Shown here one piece after another: positions 1-6,911 of a stretch of 16,318 nucleotides of DNA (its first letter is position 1; each line of letters begins with the position of its first letter). The notes beneath the pieces are model-generated. The model did no database searches. It was given only the letters and a program-made list of their open reading frames with translations, and had not been told where the DNA came from. Origin of the DNA: Okeania sp. (GTDB lineage: Bacteria; Cyanobacteriota; Cyanobacteriia; Cyanobacteriales; Microcoleaceae); contig NZ_JAYKGW010000145.1 in assembly GCF_035285525.1 (NCBI RefSeq), positions 1-16,318 on the forward strand. The letters run 5' to 3'. A program made the position numbers and the translations under genes.

Positions 1-453
1 TTGGGGGCAACTCGCAATCGAAAACCAATTTCGGTTTCTCAAACTACTACTTTGCCAAAAAGTTTAATGATTACTGGGTTTGCTTATGATCGTCGGGAAA
101 GAACCGACAATAATTATAAGGAATTTTGCCAGATGTGTCATTTAACTCAAGGGATAAGACGTTCTGGTTCTGCTTCTCTGGATTTGTGTTCCATTGCTTG
201 TGGCCGTGCGGATGGTTATTGGGAAAGGGGTTTGTCCCCTTGGGATGTTGCTGCTGGTATTGTTGTCCTGGAGGAAGCAGGGGGGAAAGTTACGGCTTAT
301 GATAATAGTGCTTTTGATTTCCAGTCGGGCCGAATTTTGGCTACTAATGGGAAAATTCACGATTTGATGAGTCAAGCTTTAATTGAAGCTCCTCCTTTAG
401 CTTATTGGGATACCATTGAGAGATTAAAAAAGCGGTCAGGGGTCAGCAGTTAG
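1..453 (+). CDS. Inositol monophosphatase (IMPase/SuhB) family protein, C-terminal ~150 aa; the 5' end lies outside the window
   Basis: Frame 1 is open from base 1 to TAG 451-453. The translation shows the family C-terminal pattern TGFAYD...GIRRSGSASLDLCSIACGRADGYWERGLSPWDVAAGIVVLEEAGGKV. The leading TTG is an ORF-caller artefact, not a start. Confidence 0.85.
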   Translation: MGATRNRKPISVSQTTTLPKSLMITGFAYDRRERTDNNYKEFCQMCHLTQGIRRSGSASLDLCSIACGRADGYWERGLSPWDVAAGIVVLEEAGGKVTAYDNSAFDFQSGRILATNGKIHDLMSQALIEAPPLAYWDTIERLKKRSGVSS

Positions 454-591
454 CAGTCAGCAAAATTTTTGGGAGCGCCTTCGGAGAAAATTTTCAACCC
501 GACTAAACTATCCAAAATTGAGAGCTGAGTGCTAAAAGCTGATAGCTTATATTGGTTTAATTTTAAGTTGCGGTCAGCAGGAATCTTTATT

Positions 592-1518
592 ATGTTTAGA
601 TTTACAAAAGGATTGTTTAAATTTGATTATACAGATTATCATGCAATTCTAGGAGTTTCTCTGGATGCAGAATTTTCTGAGGTTCGGAAAAGGTATATGC
701 GGGTGGCGCGTCGTTTACATCCTGATACTTGTCCTTTTGAAAATCAGACGGATCGAGAATTGGCTAATCAATTGTTATCTAAACTGGTAAGTCCAGCTTA
801 CAATAAGTTCTCTAAGGAGGGCGATCGCGCTGAACTTTTTGTTATTCTTAATAAAATGCGTAATAATATTAGTCAGCAATCTAGTAAAATTGAGTTTACT
901 ACTGATGCTGCGAAAGAAGTTGCTAAGGTTGGGGATTACCAAGAAGTATATAAGGTTGCTTTGCAGAAGTTGAGCGATCGCCAGTATGAGTTTTTGGATA
1001 AGACTTTAGAAGTTACTGAACAAATTAGTGAGTTAAATTTAGCTTATTTACTCAGGAAAGAATCTCAGAGTGGAGTTAATTTAACACCCTTATCACCTGT
1101 TAAATATTCGGTTAGTAAAGACGATAAAACGGTAAAACCCAAAGCTCAAAATTCTTTGGTAAATCAAGCTTGTAGTCGGGCAGAAAGTTTGATATCTAAT
1201 AAGAGTTATGCTAAAGCAATTTTGGAGTTAAAAAGTGCTTTAAAAATGGAGCCAAATTATAGTCGTGGTCATGCTTTATTGGGATTGTGTTATTTAAAGC
1301 AAAATCAGGGCACAATGGCAAAAATTGAAGTTAGAAAGGCTTTATCTTTGAATCCTAAAGAACCAAAAGCATTGGAAGTTAAAAAGTTATTAGAACGGGC
1401 TATTAATGGTAAAATAACTAATAAAACTACTGGTAAAGTTACTGCTAAAACTGACAAAAAAGGAAGTAAAACTGAGAAAGGAAATGGTTTACTTGGCGGT
1501 TTATTTGGTAAGAAGTAA
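592..1518 (+). CDS. J-domain (DnaJ-like) protein with C-terminal TPR repeats
   Basis: DYHAILGVSLDAEFSEVRKRYMRVARRLHPD is a J-domain with the HPD motif. The C-terminal AKAILELKSALKMEPNYSRGHALLGLCYLKQNQ...ALSLNPKEPKA is TPR-like. ATG 592 is preferred over GTG 529 because AGGAA lies about 9 nt upstream and the J-domain begins right after it. Confidence 0.8.
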   Translation: MFRFTKGLFKFDYTDYHAILGVSLDAEFSEVRKRYMRVARRLHPDTCPFENQTDRELANQLLSKLVSPAYNKFSKEGDRAELFVILNKMRNNISQQSSKIEFTTDAAKEVAKVGDYQEVYKVALQKLSDRQYEFLDKTLEVTEQISELNLAYLLRKESQSGVNLTPLSPVKYSVSKDDKTVKPKAQNSLVNQACSRAESLISNKSYAKAILELKSALKMEPNYSRGHALLGLCYLKQNQGTMAKIEVRKALSLNPKEPKALEVKKLLERAINGKITNKTTGKVTAKTDKKGSKTEKGNGLLGGLFGKK

Positions 1519-1700
1519 GGAAGGAAGAAGGAAGAAGGAAGAAGGAAGAAGGAAGTAAGAAGGAAGAAGGAAGTAAGAAGGAAGGAATTAAGAAGGAAGG
1601 AAGTAGGAAGAAGGAAGAAGGAAGTAAGAAGGAAGGAATTAAGAAGGAAGTAAGAAGGAAGGAAGTAGGAAGGAAGTAGGAAGGAAGTAGGAAAAAGAAA
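1511..1700 (+). repeat. Purine-rich tandem repeat (GGAAGAA / GGAAGTAAGAA units), part of a 203-nt stretch with no C on the + strand (1498-1700)
   Basis: Direct reading: heptamer GGAAGAA runs and 11-mer AAGGAAGTAGG x3 near 1660-1691. A 29-nt higher-order repeat AAGTAAGAAGGAAGGAATTAAGAAGGAAG occurs at 1571-1599 and 1622-1650. The tract overlaps the stop codon of the J-domain gene. Confidence 0.9.
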
Positions 1701-1929
1701 CTTTAAAATTAGGTAGTATTAAATCTGGATTTTTTATTGTAATTAGGGAACAGGTGAAAATTTAGGTTTTTTTATTTATTTTCTGATTTTTCACAACAAA
1801 TTAATGATACTAAATCTGGTTGTTAAAAGGTGATTTTTTACTCCTCCTATCTCATCTTTCTACTTTCTCTCTTCTGGCTTATCTTTACAGTAAATATCCT
1901 TTCTCAACCGAATTTAATATCATAACTCT

Positions 1930-1964
1930 GTAGGGAAGTTCCATGGAACTTCCCTACTTTTTTT
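1930..1964 (+). terminator. Perfect 28-bp palindrome GTAGGGAAGTTCCATGGAACTTCCCTAC followed by T7; intrinsic-terminator-like on the + strand
   Basis: The sequence 1930-1957 equals its own reverse complement (12-bp stem, CATG centre) and T7 follows at 1958-1964. The reverse strand has no T-run after the hairpin, so it is unidirectional. Confidence 0.6.
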
Positions 1965-2000
1965 ATCTACTTCAAGGGAAAGTGCTGTAGGATTTTATCG

Positions 2001-2023
2001 TAGGGTTTTGGTCTCCAAACCTA
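2001..2023. repeat. Dispersed hairpin repeat, GTAGGGGTTTGG...CCAAACCCCTAC family (imperfect copy)
   Basis: TAGGGTTTTGGTCTCCAAACCTA shares the core GGTTTTGGTCTYCAAACC with copies at 7885 and 13121. Confidence 0.5.
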
Positions 2024-2135
2024 ATGCAAAATACAGAACTTTTCACTATTTTGAGGTACACCCGGAATCATGAAAATGTCGGTATTAACAAGATATTAAT
2101 TATTCATTTTGTACATCATTTGCTCGAAATCTGCT

Positions 2136-2161
2136 GTAGGATTTGGAAACTAAACCCCTAC
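2136..2161. repeat. Dispersed hairpin repeat, same family (arms GTAGGATTTGG / TAAACCCCTAC)
   Basis: GTAGGATTTGGAAACTAAACCCCTAC has arms related to the 13121 copy and a different loop. Confidence 0.45.
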
Positions 2162-2308
2162 AATCTTTTTGATAAATCATTTAAAATTAGTTTACTTGAG
2201 ATAAAAAATAAAGTAACCATTCAGAATTTCCTGCGGAATACTTCCCTACGGGATGCTACGCAAACGTAAATATAACTTTTTATTCTCTTTAAAAAATAAT
2301 TACTTATT

Positions 2309-2317
2309 TGGTATAAT
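2309..2317 (+). promoter_or_regulatory. Candidate extended -10 promoter element (TGgTATAAT) for hisS
   Basis: TGGTATAAT at 2309-2317 lies about 63 nt upstream of ATG 2380. AT-rich DNA produces such matches by chance, so this is tentative. Confidence 0.3.
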
Positions 2318-2333
2318 AATAAGTTAATAACTC

Positions 2334-2361
2334 ATAGCCAATAGCTGATAGCTGATAGCTG
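2334..2361 (+). repeat. Heptamer tandem repeat ATAGCTG x3 plus a degenerate ATAGCCA (STRR-like) in the hisS leader
   Basis: Units at 2334-2340, 2341-2347, 2348-2354 and 2355-2361, read directly. Confidence 0.85.
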
Positions 2362-2379
2362 AATACTAAAATAATCAAA

Positions 2380-3780
2380 ATGGCAAAAACAGATAAAATT
2401 AATTATAGTTGTCCGAGTGGATTTCCGGAGTTTCTTCCTGGGGAAAAAAGATTAGAAAGTTATTTGATGGATACGATTCGTCAGGTATTTGAACGCTATG
2501 GTTTTACTCCTATTGAAACTCCAGCAGTTGAACGTTTAGAAGTTTTACAGGCTAAAGGAAATCAAGGGGATAATATTGTTTATGGTTTATCTCCAATTCT
2601 ACCTCCAAATCGTCAAGCTGAAAAAGAAAAAGCTGGAGATTCTGGTTCGGAAGAAAGGGCTTTAAAGTTTGACCAAACTGTTCCTTTGGCTGCTTATATT
2701 GCTCGTCATTTAAACAATTTAAATTTTCCTTTTGCTCGTTATCAAATGGATGTGGTTTTCCGGGGTGAAAGAGCAAAAGATGGTCGTTTTCGACAGTTTA
2801 GACAATGTGATATTGATGTTGTGGGTAGGGGAAAGTTAAGTCTTTTATATGATGCTCAAATTCCGGCGATTATTGCGGAAATTTTTGAGGCTATTAATAT
2901 TGGTGATTTTTTAATTAGAATTAATAATCGGAAAGTTTTAACTGGTTTTTTTGCTTCTGTGGGAGTTACAGTAGAGAATATTGTTTCTTGTATTAGAGTT
3001 GTTGATACTGCTGAAAAAGTTGGAGAAGTAAAGGTTAAAAAGGCTTTAGTAGAAATTGGTTTGTCTGAAGAGCAAGTGGAAAAAGTTTGGGATTTTACTA
3101 AGGTTAAAGGTTCGGTTGATGATGTTTTGAATAAGTTGAAAATTATGGCAGAAACTTGGGATAATTCTGAGGTCTTGATTCAGGGAATTTCGGAATTAGA
3201 AACTGTTATTTCTGGGGTGAGAAATTTGGGAGTTTCGGAGGAACGTTTTTGTATTGATTTATCGATAGCTAGAGGATTAGATTATTATACTGGTACGGTT
3301 TATGAAACTACTTTACTCGGACATGAGGCTTTAGGTAGTATTTGTTCTGGGGGTAGATATGAAGAGTTAGTGGGAATGTTTATTGGGGAAACAATGCCGG
3401 GGGTTGGTATTTCTATTGGTTTAACTAGATTAATGAGTCGTTTATTAAAGGCGGGTATTTTAGAGTCTTTTGCTCCTACTCCAGCAACTGTTATGGTTGT
3501 GAATATGGAGGAAAATTTAATGGCAGTTTATTTGGATGTTTCTCAAAAGTTACGTCAGAGTGGAATGAATGTGATAACCAGTTTTGATAGTCGGGGAGTT
3601 GGTAAACAATTACAACAAGCTGATAAGCAGAAAATTCCTTTTTGTATTATTATTGGTTCTGAGGAAGCTGCGGTTAATATGTGTAGTTTAAAAGATCTAA
3701 GAACTGGTGAACAAATGAAAGTTTCAATAGGAGGTTTAGCAGGTGTATTGAAGCAAAGATTGAGTAATATTTTGGAGTAG
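2380..3780 (+). CDS. hisS: Histidine--tRNA ligase (class II HisRS), with catalytic-core motifs of the archaeal/eukaryotic-like type
   Basis: 466 aa. Motifs: PSGFPEFLPGE, ALKFDQTVPLAAYIARH, FRGERAKDGRFRQFRQCDIDVVG, ARGLDYYTGTVYE, SGGRYEELVGMF. A C-terminal anticodon-binding-like domain is present (IPFCIIIGSEEAAVNMCSLKDLRTGEQ), so this is not HisZ. Confidence 0.9.
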   Translation: MAKTDKINYSCPSGFPEFLPGEKRLESYLMDTIRQVFERYGFTPIETPAVERLEVLQAKGNQGDNIVYGLSPILPPNRQAEKEKAGDSGSEERALKFDQTVPLAAYIARHLNNLNFPFARYQMDVVFRGERAKDGRFRQFRQCDIDVVGRGKLSLLYDAQIPAIIAEIFEAINIGDFLIRINNRKVLTGFFASVGVTVENIVSCIRVVDTAEKVGEVKVKKALVEIGLSEEQVEKVWDFTKVKGSVDDVLNKLKIMAETWDNSEVLIQGISELETVISGVRNLGVSEERFCIDLSIARGLDYYTGTVYETTLLGHEALGSICSGGRYEELVGMFIGETMPGVGISIGLTRLMSRLLKAGILESFAPTPATVMVVNMEENLMAVYLDVSQKLRQSGMNVITSFDSRGVGKQLQQADKQKIPFCIIIGSEEAAVNMCSLKDLRTGEQMKVSIGGLAGVLKQRLSNILE

Positions 3781-3939
3781 AAAGTTTAGAAAAGGTAGGG
3801 AATGTGGAAATTTTTTATCATTGATGAGTCAGGAGGAATATGCTCCCACTTACCAAAAAATACTGATAAATTCTAGTTTGCCACTTCCCTGACAATAGAA
3901 ATTTTCAACAATAAAAAAATAAATAAAATCAATTATTTA

Positions 3940-3953
3940 CCCTACTCCCTACT
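3940..3953 (-). repeat. Heptamer repeat CCCTACT x2 (reverse complement of the GGGAGTA/AGTAGGG family)
   Basis: Read directly. It is the same heptamer family as 10763-10797 and 12886-12906. Confidence 0.7.
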
Positions 3954-3973
3954 GCCTCTTTTTAAGAATTTAC

Positions 3974-4375
3974 TCAAACTTCCCAGTCTTCTATATTTAA
4001 TTCACTAATTCTTTTAAATTCAGTTAAATTATGCGTTACTAAAATTAAATTATTAGCTATGGCAATTGAAGCGATCTGTAAATCATAAGGTCCGATGATT
4101 TTTCCTGCTTTTTCTAACCTTGTGCGAATTTCTCCATATATTTCTGTACATCTATCATCGAAAGGCAAAGATATAAACCTATTTAAAAAGATTTGTTGTT
4201 GAACTAAATTTTGCTGTGATTTTTGACTTTTTATTGCCCCATAAAATAATTCAGCTTTTACCACAGAGCAAACTACCATATCTTGCGGGTTATAACTTTC
4301 TAATTTCTGTTTTAAATTGTTATTTAAACCTTTTAAATAAACAATGCAAACATTAGTATCTAATAAATAAATCAT
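3974..4375 (-). CDS. vapC: PIN-domain ribonuclease toxin, VapC type
   Basis: 133 aa. It has the N-terminal MIYLLDTNVC acidic motif, an internal KAEL motif, and C-terminal DLQIASIAIANNLILVTHNLTEF. Its start overlaps the upstream antitoxin stop (ATGA, 4372-4375). Confidence 0.85.
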   Translation of the reverse strand: MIYLLDTNVCIVYLKGLNNNLKQKLESYNPQDMVVCSVVKAELFYGAIKSQKSQQNLVQQQIFLNRFISLPFDDRCTEIYGEIRTRLEKAGKIIGPYDLQIASIAIANNLILVTHNLTEFKRISELNIEDWEV

Positions 4376-4593
4376 TCAAATAATTCTCTCTGCTCAAAAC
4401 TACCTTGAGAATGTCTGACAAAAGTTTCGTCTTGAATACTTCCATAAGTATTTTCGATAAACTCATGCCAAGACTGATTTTCAGTTTGTTTATTGTCTTG
4501 AATTAAATTAATCATTGTACCTAAAATCTGTTGTTCTTCTAGGCTTAAGTTGTTAATAATTTCTGCTAAAGATTTAACTAATTTTAAATTCAT
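4372..4593 (-). CDS. Small antitoxin partner of VapC (VapB-like, family not identified)
   Basis: 73 aa, 4-nt overlap with vapC, typical type II TA architecture. AGAGG lies about 8 nt upstream of the ATG. The family assignment rests on context only. Confidence 0.7.
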   Translation of the reverse strand: MNLKLVKSLAEIINNLSLEEQQILGTMINLIQDNKQTENQSWHEFIENTYGSIQDETFVRHSQGSFEQRELFE

Positions 4594-4623
4594 AAAAACC
4601 TCTAAATTATTACTTATGAAGAA

Positions 4624-4683
4624 TGAGGGAAACTATTAATATTAACTGCTTTATCATCTCCCTCACAATAACAAAATATTATA
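4624..4683 (-). promoter_or_regulatory. Candidate vapBC promoter: -10 TATAAT (minus strand, 4683-4678) plus an inverted repeat TGAGGGA (4624-4630) / TCCCTCA (4659-4665) between the -10 and the RBS
   Basis: Read directly. Type II TA operons are commonly autoregulated through palindromic operators overlapping the promoter. Confidence 0.4.
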
Positions 4684-4866
4684 GTACATTTTTAAGTGCA
4701 AAATTATAAATTCTAAATGTGAGGAAATGAGGAAGGAAAAAATACGGATGGAACTTAATTAAAGTAGAAGCTCACCCCACAGCACCCTATTTTGAAAGTT
4801 GACTGTGTTTTTGAAGGTAAGACTGAATTTCCTAAATCTTTTTATGACAAAGAGGATAAATAACTT

Positions 4867-5259
4867 ATGAATAAATATATTATTTTTCGAGCTGAAAAAG
4901 ACGAACCTGTTTGGGAGTCTAGGAAACTAGAACATACTCAACAACTGACTCGTGTACTAACGGAATATTTTGACTCATCAAATAAACCAATCCCAGAACT
5001 AAGATATAGGCCAAAGGAGTTTATTAGAGTTGATGCACTGCATAACCCAGAGGAGCATGGATATAGCACTCATTATCGTCAGGGAGATTGGGAAGTTTCG
5101 CGGGTTGAAACTTATACACCTGATATACCAATAGGTGAATTTGATGTAGTGGCAATTTGTTATTATAAGTATAATCCTATTAATGCTCCTCTAAAACCAA
5201 TGCCAAAACGTGAAGTTTTGATTGATTCATTAGAAGAAGATTTAGTATCTAATAAATAA
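4867..5259 (+). CDS. Hypothetical protein, 130 aa, no recognisable domain
   Basis: Clean ORF with AGAGGA about 14 nt upstream of the ATG, no TM segment or signal peptide, and no motif I recognise. The last ~6 codons and the stop are encoded antisense to a remnant of a vapC start (see findings). Confidence 0.5.
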   Translation: MNKYIIFRAEKDEPVWESRKLEHTQQLTRVLTEYFDSSNKPIPELRYRPKEFIRVDALHNPEEHGYSTHYRQGDWEVSRVETYTPDIPIGEFDVVAICYYKYNPINAPLKPMPKREVLIDSLEEDLVSNK

Positions 5260-5480
5260 ATTATTCAAATAATTTTCTCTGTTCAAAACTACCTTGAGAA
5301 TTTCTGACAAAAGTTTCATCTTGAATACTGCCATAAGTATTTTCAATAAACTCATAACAAGACTGATTTTCAGTTTGGTTATTATCTTGAATTAAATTAA
5401 TCATTGTTCCCAAAATCTGTTTTTTTCTGGGGTTAAGTTATTAATAATTTATGCTAGGATTTAACTAATTTTAAATTCAT
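5243..5480 (-). pseudogene. Degenerate second copy of the vapB-like antitoxin gene plus the first 7 codons of vapC
   Basis: Nucleotide alignment by eye to 4355-4593 shows high identity. The minus-strand translation reads MNLKLVKS-stop. Two 1-nt deletions relative to copy 1 are visible, and the later frame reads TMINLIQDNNQTENQSCYEFIENTYGSIQDETFVRNSQGSFEQRKLFE. The vapC ATG is changed to ATA and homology ends near 5243. Confidence 0.8.
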
Positions 5481-5511
5481 AAAAACCTATAATAATTACT
5501 TCTGGACGATA

Positions 5512-5566
5512 AGAGGATTCAGTAAAAGGAAAAAATTTTCTTGATTCTTTCTGATTCCTCTATAAT
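5512..5566. promoter_or_regulatory. Inverted repeat AGAGGATTCAG (5512-5522) / CTGATTCCTCT (5551-5561) in the copy-2 promoter module. The adjacent TATAAT (5561-5566) could serve the + strand SET gene
   Basis: Read directly. The arms are complementary apart from a 1-nt bulge, and the position corresponds to the repeat in copies 1 and 3. Confidence 0.35.
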
Positions 5567-5596
5567 ATGAGGAAGTTTAGAGCTTGATAAAAATAT

Positions 5597-6069
5597 ATGC
5601 AGACAGGTGAAAAAATAACAAAGGTTAATTCTATTGCGGAAATTCGCGAATGTCAGACTACTGGGAATAAATCTCTATATACAACTGTTGAGTTGAAGTC
5701 TGAAGAAGTTTCAGTAAATTTGGTCCTAAAGAAATTCTAGATAAACCTAATTATTTAACAGTGCAAATAAGCGATCGCGAACATATTATGCTCGCTCCAG
5801 AATATCTACAATATATTAATCATAGTTGCAATCCTAATGTTTTTTTTGATACTACAAATATGGTGGTTACTGCCTTACGAAATATCGAAATAGGAGAAGA
5901 ACTTACATTCTTTTATCCATCAATAGAATGGTCTATGGATAGAGGATTTAGTTGTCTTTGTCACAGTGAAAATTGTTTGGGAAATATTCAAGGTGCTGCT
6001 CATTTACCTCCGGATGTTTTGAAAAAATATAAATTTTCAGACTATATAAAGCAAAAGCTAGGAATTTAG
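5597..6069 (+). pseudogene. SET-domain protein (lysine) methyltransferase, interrupted by a single-nucleotide frameshift near 5708-5713
   Basis: Frame 1 (5761-6069) carries NHSCNPN, GEELTFFY and the post-SET pattern C-x-C-x4-C. Frame 2 from ATG 5597 gives MQTGEKITKVNSIAEIRECQTTGNKSLYTTVELKSEEV, and frame 1 continues SKFGPKEILDKPNYLTVQISDREH. One extra T in the GTTT run would join the two frames. Confidence 0.75.
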
Positions 6070-6303
6070 TTAGGAATTAATATTATGTCCGGTTGAATAC
6101 TTAAACTTTGGGGGAAGGAAGGCAGAGATCGCAATAGAGAAGGAAAAGAAAGGTTTAAAGGTAAAAGGTTTTTTGTCACTGATTATCCGGACATGATATA
6201 ACAATTTCTAAATTCTTAATTGAGGTGATTTTTTGAATAAGTTATCATTAAAAAATGACCTCTACTATTTTGAACTTTTTGTTAGATTTATATTATAAAT
6301 ACT

Positions 6304-6816
6304 ATGTTAGAAATAAAATTAGCTCAGACTTCTGAAGAAAGAGAAAAAATTTTTAAATTGCGCTATCAAATCTATGTGGAAGAAATGGGATGGTGGGAAA
6401 ATTGTCCCAACTATGAACCTAACCATGAACACAAGAAATTAGAAGATCTATTAGACTTTTCTGCTAATCTATTTATGGCTCTCGATAACAATGAATTAGT
6501 TGGTACTATTAGATGCAATTATACTAAAAATTTAGATCCTGAAAACTTGGATTTAGATTACTATACAAAACTCTATCAAATGGAAAAAGCAGGAGATGCA
6601 TATCCGTTATATACATCAATTACTGGAAGATTGATGGTTCAAAGTAATTTTAGAGGAAAAGGTATAGGGTTGAGAATAATGGAAGGTTTATACAAACAAC
6701 AGTTGTTAGATGAAATCAAATTTGATTTTATAGATGCTGAAGCATATTTGGTTCCTTTTTTTAGAAAATTGAGTTATCAAACTATTGGTAAAATAGATTA
6801 TCAATCAAATGTATGA
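6304..6816 (+). CDS. GNAT-fold acyltransferase resembling N-acyl amino acid synthase (FeeM) or autoinducer-synthase-like proteins; possibly 3'-truncated
   Basis: The N-terminus AQTSEEREKIFKLRYQIYVEEMGW is typical of that acyltransferase group. The RGKGIGLRIME segment matches the GNAT acyl-CoA/ACP binding region. Subfamily assignment is from memory of motifs, not from a search. Confidence 0.6.
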   Translation: MLEIKLAQTSEEREKIFKLRYQIYVEEMGWWENCPNYEPNHEHKKLEDLLDFSANLFMALDNNELVGTIRCNYTKNLDPENLDLDYYTKLYQMEKAGDAYPLYTSITGRLMVQSNFRGKGIGLRIMEGLYKQQLLDEIKFDFIDAEAYLVPFFRKLSYQTIGKIDYQSNV

Positions 6817-6911
6817 AAGTAGTACACTAATGGTGTTAGATATACTGAATGTTTAACATTTAGACAAAGTTAAATCACCTTTTCAATCTTTGTATATAAA
6901 ATTGTTATAAT

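Noticed and set aside
142-375. 77-aa ORF on the minus strand
   Set aside because: It lies entirely antisense within the well-supported IMPase reading frame and has no recognisable motif, so it is a shadow ORF.
529-591. GTG 529 as the start of the J-domain gene, and likewise TTG 11505 for the hydrolase
   Set aside because: The downstream ATGs (592 and 11577) have SD-like sequences at proper spacing. The extra N-terminal residues add nothing recognisable.
1519-1653. Possible stop-codon readthrough of the J-domain gene: the frame stays open for 44 codons after TAA 1516-1518
   Set aside because: The openness follows from composition, since a tract with few T and no C rarely forms stop codons. 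There is no recoding signal.
1840-1860. ACTCCTCC motif reminiscent of the conserved single-stranded ACUCCUCACAC of cyanobacterial Yfr1 sRNA
   Set aside because: The match is not exact. The spacing to the 1930 hairpin (~80 nt) and the lack of a 5' stem-loop do not fit Yfr1 architecture.
2024-2269. 81-aa ORF in the spacer upstream of hisS
   Set aside because: It overlaps the hairpin-repeat copy at 2136-2161 (and abuts the one at 2001-2023), has no SD and yields a low-complexity, unrecognisable product. It is most likely non-coding repeat DNA.
2552-2776. 74-aa minus-strand ORF. Similar antisense ORFs occur at 9884-10141 (+), 11755-11943 (-) and 14585-14803 (+)
   Set aside because: All are embedded antisense in strongly supported genes (hisS, GT, hydrolase, SDR) and have no motifs.
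6081-6200. 12-bp inverted repeat with one mismatch (TATTATGTCCGG / CCGGACATGATA) enclosing ~94 nt of purine-rich DNA; possible MITE or structured RNA
   Set aside because: It is a single copy in the window, the arms are short and no target-site duplication is evident. The evidence is insufficient.
6186-6215. TCCGGA followed 17 nt later by TAAATT upstream of the GNAT gene, resembling the heterocyst-specific DIF promoter motif
   Set aside because: A hexamer match is weak evidence, and I cannot establish that the organism forms heterocysts.
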